Assembly (NCBI GenBank): GCA_000934665.2
Contig: KZ538279.1
Location: 1 to 64,000, forward strand
Origin: Catajapyx aquilonaris
Lineage: Eukaryota
Reading direction: 5' to 3'
Length of the DNA stretch: 64,000 nt
Below the pieces are notes generated by a model. That model made no database searches, was not told where the DNA came from, and saw only the letters and a program-made list of their open reading frames with translations. How positions within the stretch are numbered: position 1 is the first letter of the stretch; each line of letters begins with the position of its first letter. Positions 53,848 through 64,000 of this stretch are shown piece after piece. The position numbers and the translations under genes were made by a program.

Positions 53848-55641
53848 TTATAATTATTATTATTATTATCCCGAGTGCTGATTAATTTTAGCGCTATGAT
53901 GCTTATTGCTTGAAGTTGAGGATTTTGATTGTTTTTCCAACCGATTTCTTCTATTTCAAATAAGTTTCGGAGTAAACAATACCGTATTCAAAATCTTCCC
54001 CCACATTTTTTGAACCTGTGCAGCCGGTGCAAATTTAAAATGAACACGAATGCGCTAGGAACATTCCTAAATTTAAATTTGACCTTTTTATGCTGTTGGT
54101 AGGTAGAGACGGCAATGGTCGATTCATTTTAATGCTGCATATTGTTCACTAAAACTGGCATTTAACGCAATGATGATTGCGAGCAACTGGTTGCACAGTG
54201 TAATATTCTTTCAAATGGGTAGCCTATTACAATGGGAAACCAAAGGCTCCAGTCATCAACATCAGTAATATGAATTTTAATGAGTGACATAAAAAAAATT
54301 TGGTGCGATATATATCATTGACATAAAATAGAAATGAGAATTGTTATGGTTCCCTGTATAGATGTCATTTAAAAAAATTTGCATTTCAAAGTGACTGGAT
54401 CGGAACTTTCACAATTTATACAAATAGAGAAAACCACTCAGATTCACTTCGTATGCTTGCTAACCTTTATAGGAAATTCCCTACACAAAAAGTTACCGAG
54501 ACCGAAACTTACTTCAAACGTACCTTTGATGCATTGGAACAATTTACCGAATATTTGGCTTTGTTACGCCGAGTTTAAAATATTTTTGACATGCTGAAAA
54601 TAATTCATGTAACACCGTCCAGCAAGGACGTACAGTACCCACAGGTATATTGCATTGGAAACAGGCGCACTGTATATTGAATCAATTCTTCCACAATTCG
54701 GTCGTTTATTACAAAAATAACTCGAGTCATTAAAATGTGATCAGAAGTACTGTCTTGTCTGATTGCTGATGAGATTTTTGCACTGAGCTGCTTATTATTA
54801 AGCAGTTATTATTGCATAGCTACTTTTAGTGGCTATCAACCGTATTGCCTGCAAAGCGTAGGTTGTGTATACCCATTCTTTATGAAGCCTTAAAAGGGAA
54901 TTTCTGCTTAGGACCAGGTATAAAAGTAGTGAATTATATGGGCAGGTAAAAATATGGCGATTCATTGGCCTCTTTTAAGACCGAATTATTTCACCTCATT
55001 TTTGACTAAGAGGCGTCACACTGTGTGACAACAGTTCTGTTTGAGAGTTGGCTAACCAGCAAGATATTCTCTATCATTCATGAGTTGATGTCACCAAAAC
55101 GTAATTTCTGAAGCTTGCCACTATGACGGCCATCTGTCAAAAATACAGAGCAATTTAGTCTGGCCTTTTTTTAAACTGGGGCAGAGCACCATCATGGATA
55201 TCGACATTTTATACACATATTCTAGAAAGCAACACAGTATTAATTGTTCCAATAATGTCATTTTCGCCCTCAAAAAACATGGCGGAATGCTGTCTCTGAG
55301 TGTGCATTTGCAGCAATAATGAATGACCCTTTAGGGAGAATTTGAGCTAAAACAAGGTACGGTAATGTTTTTAACTCAATGGCGAGCCTCTAATTTTATT
55401 CATCACTAGAAAACATAATTACAAGTAGGATTCTTATCATCATGCTGCCGTTGATTTTCGTCATTATACCGGCAATGTTAACAAAGCTTGCTCATCCCCT
55501 GAAAGAACTGGTGTTCTTTCATATCATACCACATTCTGATTGCTACTGTTTGACAAAAAATCAACATTTTAAGCCTGTAAGATGATAGGAATTCCTATCA
55601 TCTACTATGCGCACTTTACTTACAATTTTGATCCTCATATA

Positions 55642-55850
55642 CAGGGTGTCTCAACTTTTTTGTCCGATCAGTTATCGGAAAAGCTTATGTATCTTCTAGC
55701 AATGTAGCCAGAATATGCCCCAACATTCCTGGCACATCCCTCAACAGTTGAGGGATGTGCCAGGAATGTTGGGGCATATTCTGGCTACATTGCTAGAAGA
55801 TACATAGGCCTTTCTGCTAACTGATCGGACAAAAAAGTTTAGACACCCTG
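55642..55850. mobile_element. Tc1/mariner-type MITE, copy B, fully palindromic
   Basis: TIRs CAGGGTGTCTCAACTTTTTTGTCCGATCAGTTA (same family as 19009-19206), TA on both flanks; interior 55686-55745 / 55747-55806 is a perfect 60-bp inverted repeat with a 1-nt loop. Confidence 0.93.
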
Positions 55851-57689
55851 TACTGTTGTTAATTTTATTGGAGACGCATATAATAATTCTATTTATCAGC
55901 TGCCTTTAACCCCAATGTGTTTCAGGATCGCTATTGGATCACCTAATAAAATACTACACGCCGTATACAGGCACACGTCCAAAACGATCCGCTATTAGCA
56001 GATGTATCATATAACCCTGGGTATCATTTCCGCGCAGGCTGATTTAGTCTGACAAATGATTTTGAACGCAACTTAAATAATTGGTGGCCCACCAAAGTAG
56101 AATCGATCTCTCACCCTACTTACCGAGGAAATGAAACCAGGCGAAATTTGAAACAACCTAATGAAAGAAAGCACGCAATTGAAAAAAAAAAAAGACCGCA
56201 ATATCGAGCAACTCAGCCACTTGAAAATTTTCTTTGTTCGACTTGCTTTGTAGTCGAAATAAATCCGAAAAAGAAGGCAGCCAGGAGCGAACAAAATGAG
56301 TGGGGATAAGACTTGGATGTGGGAATAAATGCTTCTGGGGGTTTGGGGCCAAAGTGGGGAAATGGGGCCTCTGGGATCCGTGGGCCCCATCGCGCACAAA
56401 ATGACTGTGGAGAGGCCTCCCCTTTTCCACAAAAATCTGTCCAAAAAGGCTGCTGGGGAAGGGGAAAGCGTGCAATCATCCCTTTCGTTCACATGAAGAG
56501 CAAAATTGAGACCAGTACATTTTGATGCATACCGGTGAGTAATGTGGCCGGAACCGTCATGTTGACTGGTCGGAAATAAATACACGTGGAGAGAGCGGGG
56601 CCCCAGTTTCATCCGCTTATAAAATTACATTACAATATCGATGCGTGACACAAATTGGATAACACGATCAAAATCACATAAATGCAGAGTGGTGATAAGT
56701 GATAATTAATGTGTCCCTCTCCTAAAGCATCGGGGTTCGGTTCATCTCCATCACAAAACCTGGTTCCAAAGCCGGCAACTTGTGCGGAACAAAATATGTG
56801 GCAAGTGCAGGACCAGAGTGCAAAATGTACGTGGCGTGGATTTAAACAGCGGTACATTCGCATATATATCCAGACAGTAGTTAACTCAAGCTGCCCTGTA
56901 ATTTAGATAATCAATGTATAATGGTGTAATATTGTGTTATTGGCACATATTAATCGTAGGCTGTCACTGCTCGTCAAAGCCACTGTTCAGTTTCAACTGG
57001 AAACAATATGGTGCATGGACGGAAAAGGTGAGCACACACGTACAACAAATCCGTACGCGTGCTTTTTCCTCATGCTCCGTGAAACAATTCCAGACGACCT
57101 GATCCAGTAGTCACCCAGGGCTGTAAAAGTCAATTGAGATCATTTTAAACCCATTTGCTGCGCACAATGCAAACGACTGTAAGCGTCACCCATGGATTTG
57201 ATATTCGCAAATGCTACTCTCCTCCTTTTAAACCTAATTGGTGTGTCACATCATTGTACTCCGCCACACCACCTTGGCAAGACACATTCCCACTATTGTC
57301 TGATTCTGACATCAAAAATGAGAGGGAGGCGACTCATTATTTCCCTAATGGAATCCGACTAGCTTCCTTCTATTGTTGTCTTCCTCGATTCCATCTGACG
57401 TTTTCCGCTCACTTCTCACTGCTCCCTAGAATTATTGTATGCATACAGTGCGTCATGATTAGTGAAAAAGTAACACTGAAAGAAGTGTGTATACTGTGAG
57501 CGCCTTGTCTTGGGAAACATACGACCGCAACGCATTTATGCTGTAACAGTTTCGCAAGGTGATGTGAGAAATAAATTTTGGGGAACAGGACATCCGGTAG
57601 TGCCATCGGTTTTTGTAAAAAGCTAAGCGTCGAGTTGACACAATGTGTTATCCTTGGCCGACTTCTGTTTCCCCGTTTCTATTCCACAG

Positions 57690-59473
57690 AGAATGGCATG
57701 CCACGTCGCCTTCGCACCGCCTATACCAACACCCAGCTGCTGGAATTGGAGAAGGAATTCCACTTCAACAAGTACCTGTGCCGGCCTCGCCGGATCGAGA
57801 TCGCCGCTTCATTGGACCTAACCGAGAGGCAGGTGAAGGTATGGTTCCAGAACCGACGTATGAAGCACAAGCGGCAGACCATGAGTAAGCAGGCCGATGA
57901 ACAGGAGAAGGGCTCCACTGGGGACAAGTGCAAGATGGACTCCAAGAGCCTTAGTGATGACAAGAAGAGTTGCCAGAACTGCGAGCTACCAAACGTGCGT
58001 GGCTCTCCCGGTGAACCCCACTTCCCGGCGGTGGACTCCAAGAGTGCCGATGGGGACCTGGGGGGATCGTCCGACGATTCCGTGTGCGTCGTAGGTAAGG
58101 ACTCGGGCCTTCCGGACGACAAGAGCCCCAGGGGTAAGACCTCGACCCCACCCACTCCCACGGCGCCCAGCAACAAGGGCAAAGACATGTCGGCGGAAGT
58201 GACGGACAAGGCTCCGGCGCCCTCGTCGACCTCTTCCTCCTCCTCCTCCTCTTCGTCGTCGTCCTCTTCCTCTGTGCAACCCCCTCCGCCGCAAGCGCAA
58301 ATGTGTTCCCCAGTGAGTTCCCAACATAGCCCCGTAGCGGTCAACGGTGTGTACGGACACAGCCCTCCCGCAGCCCCACCCTTCCATCACGATAGCCTGT
58401 GCATTGGCATGGGGCCTTCCCAAGCCTCTCCCGTGCCGCCATACCATCACACCAAGAAGGGCGTAGTGCCATCCATGGCTCTCCCCACGGGGCCTTACAA
58501 TCCTCCCTGTGCCCAACAACAACCGCAGCAACAAGATTACAGGAGTCCTCGTCCCACGGACTACCGAGGGACACCCATCTGCATGACTACCAGTTACGCC
58601 CATCGAGAGCCTCAACACCACACGCAGCAACCGCAGCAACACCAATTGCAACAGGCCACTTGTTCTTCCTCACCTCGTATGGCCTACCCGATGGAGACGT
58701 ACCGACACGGTCCACCCAGGATGAACGGCATGCACTCTGAAACTTCCAGACCCATGCTCCAATCCTCGCCTAGGCCGCCGTACATGTACACCAACCTGGG
58801 TCCTCCAACCCCGACCAACGCCAGCAACAACCACGGCCAGGCTCAAACATACTGTCCGGTTCTAACCTACAACAACCACTACGAGCATCAGGACAACTAC
58901 AACCCCAACGCCTACCCGCCGCCCAGGCCATACTCGGCTGCCTATGGAGTGGATGAGCAGTACATGTCGACGGCCGCTGCGGGTAACCAGAACCCCTATG
59001 TTGCTCCTCCAGGTTACCACAACAACAATTACTCAAACGGCACCGGGCCTAGCGGACCTGCAGCGGCGGCGGCGGCCACCAACGGCATGTACGCGGCCAG
59101 TACCAATGGCGCCGCCAGCGAAAACGGCCTGACGCATTTGACACCCACAAACAACATGGCCGACCCGTACTATGAGTCCATGCATTTCAATTCAAACATG
59201 GGGGAATACGCGGCGGCACCTAAACAGACACATCCGATCTCCAACTACTACGATGGACAAAGCAACGTGGGTGGTGACGCCTCCAACATTCCTAACAATT
59301 ACGTGTCCTCCCCGGATCAGTTCCCCAGCAACAATACGGAGAGTGACGTGAATTTCAACTTTAACTTTTACGACCAGAGTAACCCCTCGGACAACAGTAA
59401 CAATTCTTCGGACTTCAACTTTCTCACCAATTTGGCCAACGATTTTGCGCCGGAATATTACCAGCTGAGCTGA
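57690..59473 (+). CDS. pb: proboscipedia (Hox2) homeodomain-containing terminal coding exon
   Basis: Acceptor TTTCTATTCCACAG| (AG 57688-57689). G+AG gives Glu, joining exon 1 in frame as [69 protein letters not shown]. Ends [24 protein letters not shown]. Spliced CDS 346+1784=2130 nt, 709 aa. Confidence 0.96.
57701..57880 (+). other. pb: Homeobox (60 aa, paralog group 2)
   Basis: [60 protein letters not shown] is the diagnostic Hox2/pb homeodomain. Confidence 0.98.
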
Positions 59474-62133
59474 GTGGGTGCTGGGAAGGGTGATGGTGGG
59501 GATCAGAGCCCATGTGAACAGTACAAGAGACACCTTTGTGACAACAAGTTCATTTACTCGTAAAGATTCATCCATTGTAGAGAAGTTTTTAGGGCTTTCA
59601 GTCGCATTGCTGTATCCATCTTTTCGAGATACGTCGCACATAGAGTCAAATGCTTGGAAATTCGCAACATCTAACGAGTCAGCAGCAGGCAAGGATCGGT
59701 TCATTCTTCCAAAATTGCTAAAGCTACGCGGAAAATATTCAGAAATAACAGTTATGCATGCAAACAACGGAAAGCGAGTTGTCAACTTATTTTGAATTCC
59801 CCAGTGCCATACTTCCAATTCTTGATCTCTCCAAAAATCGTCCCTAAAAATTCGATCAAAAAAAAAACTCTCGATGCGACTGGAAGCTTTCGAGGTTATG
59901 CAGTACAATATTTATCATACTCTGTCGTTGATAGTAAAGATGGGAAAGCAGTGCTGTGTATAGTGCGTTGTGACTATTGGAACCCCGTGCATGCAAGGTG
60001 CAGTCCAATGTTTTAACATAGGAGAATTAACACAAAAATTCTCCGAAAATTTTCCAACCGCCGCGTCTGTGATGACTGTACTGATGAAAAAAAAACTCGA
60101 AAAGACAACACAACAATGACGAAAAAAAAAACATCAGTAGGGTTTTAAACCTTGTAGCTGAACTGTGCTGTGAGCTGCGTTAAGTGTGATGTCATAATTG
60201 TGTCCTCGTGTCTCTCGGTTTTGTTAGCGGAGTTCTCGGGAGGCTGGTTGATAGCCCGCGGCCATAGTCTTCATTGGAAGGACTTTGCTCCGTATTTGTA
60301 CAGTAGCAATGGCGGCGATGTGGAATTTCTGTTATCAGGAAACCTTGCCTGTGTGAGCACTTTCAGCCCCTTTGTTGTGCGTTATGTTTGTTTTGTTCTT
60401 CACACACATCCGGACCTTTACGCATTTTTCAAGACAATCACCACTAGCTGATAGTCTTTCAGTTTTTTTTTTAAACCATGCGATATGTGCCTAACGCCGC
60501 CGTTTGCTTTCTAGGGACATTAGTGGTTGGATAATCAAAACAATTTTTTTTGTGTTGTAGAACAGTGTCATATCGAATGTTTAATATTTTTTGTTGTTTT
60601 TTTATCAGGGAGGAAAGTGTCCACAGCAGGCAGGGACCTGCGGGGGATTGTGGTTTCTACTAGCGGGGAATAGCCTTTAGATGTACAAATTGTAAAATGT
60701 ACTGGAATCTGTACATTGAGTCAGTTGCTAAGAATAGAATTCTGACGAATGTCTATAAAAATTCGACATTTTACATTTTTCTCCTGTAATTATGCCACTC
60801 CACATTCGTCTTTTTTATAGGACAAGAAGCGAATAATTCGAAACCTTACATCTCATGACTGGAAAAATGGCTGGCATCGAGTCAATTTCAAAATTTGCAA
60901 TATTTTAACAAAGTTATGAATTTCTTTGCAATTAATGTGTGGATCGGTTCAGAATATTTTAGCTCAAAATTGTATTCACTCTCACGATATGCATATAGCC
61001 AAAATGGATATTTAACTTATTTTTAAACCTGAGATATAACGTAGGCTAAAAATTGCCAAAAAAAATCACAATTAACCAAATTTCTTCCCATCACTTACTA
61101 CACTAACCTACCTAAAATTTTCCACAATAATATTAACCCATTCTGTTTGCTTTGCAGATGGACCTTTCTGCACTTACGATGACACATAACCCCGGAACCA
61201 TTCCGATCCAACACTCTGTCATCCCCACCCTTCCCAACATGTCCCCCCCCCCCCTCCCCAAAAAATGCATCTTTCCCCATTCCCCACATAATAATCACTA
61301 TCCGGTTGGCTAAAAGATGTCCGCACTCAGCATGCATGTGCTTAGGTGTCGTAATTTCATCACGTCGACTCCATCCACAAAAAGAGAATTGGGAGTCGGA
61401 CAAGAGGAACGGCGCCAACTCAAATTTTTGGCACCACAAAAATGCTTATTCATCTTTCTCGTTCCAGAATCGCCATTGGGCGCCTGCTATAATTGCAACA
61501 TTGGAATACTCCCGGGCTAGAATAAAGCCGATACCGATTTTTTTTTTGCGAGGCTGGTCTTAATTTGGTGCATCCTAAACACGTCGTAATTTTAGAAATG
61601 GCCTTGTGGAAGAGCCCGAGTCAATATTTAAGGCTACGCTTCAAACCTCTCCCTACCCTCCACTAGGCTCCACCCCACACAAAATCATTTACATAATGGG
61701 TCTGTGTCCATCGATCAGCCAATAAAAGCTCTCACGGGTTGGCGGGAAATGTGGCATTACCATGGTGACACGAGGGAAGGGAAAGAAGGGAATGTGACAG
61801 CTCATCACCACATCCGCTGCAGTCGCCAACCTCTCTCCTGTATCCCTCCTACATGCATAAAAACGATAAAAAACCGGGGGTGGGGGGTAGGAGAGATGGG
61901 GGTAGGGGGAAGCGCCGTATTGAATTCTTATGGAAAATACCAACTGGAGCCCTAATCCTGATGAAGATCGGAAAGGGGACCTTTTTTTCCTGCATTCATA
62001 AGTAGGCGACGGAAGCTGGCGCTCATTTTTGGCCTACACCCAGCCCTAGCTCCAAAAAATCATTTTGGAGCTAGCACCACACCTAAATATCATTCCTACA
62101 GACCCACACGTAATATCATGCCTATAGACCACC

Positions 62134-62621
62134 CCTGATATCACTCCTACCAATACCTGATATCACTCCTACCAATACCTGATATCACTCCTACCCATAC
62201 CTGATATCACTCCTACCCATACCTGATATCACATAGGCGCGCATTCCTATCCTTGTGAGGTTTTTCCAAAATTTAAAGCTAACCTAACCTACAAAAAACA
62301 CACCAAATTTTGGTGAAATAAATTTTTACTGTTTTTATGATGTATTTTTCGATTTTTCCCTATCCTTGTGAGGCGTGTGTTCACTATGAGGTACAGGAAA
62401 ACTACCTCGTAATGACAAAATTCCTCACAAGGATAGGAAAAACGCGAAAAAAATTCCTCACAAGGATAGCAATGCGCGTCCACTCCTACCCACACCTGAT
62501 AACATTCCTACCCACACCGGATGACATTCCTACCCACACCTGATATCCCTCCTACCCACACCTGATATCACTCCTGCCCATACCTGATATCACTCCTACC
62601 CATACCTGATATCACTCCTAC
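62134..62621. repeat. 22-bp tandem array interrupted by a MITE
   Basis: Unit CCTGATATCACTCCTACC(A/C)A(T/C)A at 62134, 62156, 62178, 62200, 62222 (split), then 62495, 62517, 62539, 62561, 62583, 62605. Degenerate units extend upstream to ~62078. Confidence 0.9.
62236..62480. mobile_element. MITE with 25-bp TIRs, internal subTIR copies and a CTAACCTAACCT motif
   Basis: GGCGCGCATTCCTATCCTTGTGAGG / CCTCACAAGGATAGCAATGCGCGTC; core CTATCCTTGTGAGG occurs twice forward and twice reverse. Confidence 0.85.
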
Positions 62622-64000
62622 AAACGCACACCTTAAAAACAATTTTTTACCTAGAATCACACTTGTTTTAGGCCTCTCCCCCCAAAAAATGACTATAGGC
62701 CCGGTTTTTGGGTGGCTCTAGGGAAGCGGTATCAATTTTCATCAACGTCAAAGTGCTTACATTTCAAAGGGGGCTCTACTGATCGTGTCATTTATTAATT
62801 CGGAAGCCTAATTCTCATTTCGGATGAGGGCACTAACGTGATCTTTACGACCGGGGGGAATTTGCATTGGAAACGCGGCATTAGAAAATCTAACGGGGGT
62901 GGGTCGACTACACATGCCGGAATTTATGCCAAACCGCTAAGGGATTTTTTTTTTGGGGGGGGGGGGGAAACAATACGATGAATTTCTCANGGCAATACTC
63001 AGGCTAATCTTAAGGAAAAAAGAGAGATGGGGGTAGTGACGGACAGCCTTTTCTTTTCCCAGAAGTTGCGCAGCTCCATTTCATCTCTTGGAGGATGTCG
63101 GCAACAAACCCACCCCGCCACCCTTGGCGAAAAGTGTCGGCTCCCTTTTCCTCCCCCAACCCAACCCATACCACCCGAGCTTCCCATCCCTTTGCCGACA
63201 GCCGGGTTTTCCGATAATTCCCAGAAGAACCCAGATAATGATCCATTTTCGCCGACCTGGCAGATACGTTGACCAATGCTTCTCTTTCCGCCGCCCTATA
63301 GTTAACCGTGGAGGGACATTTATCATCGCAAGGCCCCTCTGCGCTGGTTAGGGGGGGGGGGAGGTAATTCTCTTGTTAATGTTTGACTAACTGTGAACCT
63401 TTCCATCACCTTGCTCTGTGCTTTCACTACTGCACGATTTGAGTTTTGCACAGCTTGATCCGACCTACTGGCGTTTTGATCGTATAGGGAAACGTGTGAC
63501 TCCAGGGTCAAACGGACGTCATATCTTGGCAAGCAGGTATGTACTGTACTAGGTATATCCTGGAGTTAGACATTTTAAGTCTTTCAGAAGAACCTGCATT
63601 GGAAGATGTTGCAGCAATTATTCGTGGCACCATTTTAACGTTAAGCAAAATTGCAGCTACTGACCAATCAAAGTAACCAACACATTTCCAAGACAAGCTC
63701 AACAAAAACAATATCCACATCAGACAGAAATGCAAGCTCAATCTATATATTTCAGTTGAAAAATTGCGATTTTAAAGAAACATTAATATATTAGTACATC
63801 ATAATACTGTTAAAGAGCGTAGCCAAAGTTTGGGCCACCCCACGTCACATGGTTATGGACAATTGAGATAATAATCACGCAATAACAGACAAATAACATC
63901 ATGACGCAAAATTCTGCATCGTTTTACGTAAGCTGACAATATATTTGTTATTGATCGGCTTTTATCTCATTTTGTATAGAAAATTAATAAATGCATGCCT

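Larger units (their letters stand above)
23407..57689 (+). other. pb: ~34.3 kb pb intron between the hexapeptide and homeobox exons (may contain microexons)
   Basis: GT...AG boundaries with matching phase 1; this intron position is typical of Hox genes. Confidence 0.88.

Noticed and set aside
57578..57689. N-terminal 37 codons of the 631-aa ORF
   Set aside because: Starts at TTG in intronic sequence upstream of a clear acceptor; not Pb-like.
57721..58651. Antisense ORFs of 207 and 221 aa
   Set aside because: Shadows of the GC-rich pb coding strand with no recognisable domain.
59471..59563. Stop-codon readthrough at the pb C-terminus
   Set aside because: The context is TGA-G rather than TGA-C, the extension is only 29 codons, and the conserved EYYQLS end sits right at the stop.
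62134..62621. CRISPR-like regular repeats
   Set aside because: Head-to-tail units without unique spacers, eukaryotic context, no cas genes.

Overview
Eukaryotic, probably arthropod, genomic DNA spanning a Hox2/proboscipedia (pb) gene on the + strand. Coding exon 1 (23061-23406) carries the Hox2 N-terminal motif and the YPWM hexapeptide. It joins across a ~34.3 kb phase-1 intron to a 1.78 kb exon (57690-59473) with an uninterrupted pb homeodomain and the ...PEYYQLS C-terminus, predicting 709 aa. I found no other protein-coding gene. The flanks and intron hold many small non-autonomous transposons (hAT, Tc1/mariner, PIF/Harbinger MITEs, long foldback elements), a full-length tRNA-derived SINE with a perfect 14-bp TSD, a tRNA-like sequence ending in CCA, a 22-bp tandem array split by a MITE, and several near-loopless palindromes. 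Best leads: (1) a 50-codon in-frame 5' extension of pb broken by a single TAG; (2) a candidate 12-nt frame-preserving microexon in the YPWM-homeodomain linker; (3) a Tc1-type MITE whose inner 60 bp is a perfect palindrome while its TIRs have diverged; (4) clustered CTCF-like and Hox/Exd-type motifs. Everything was read by eye, with no database searches.
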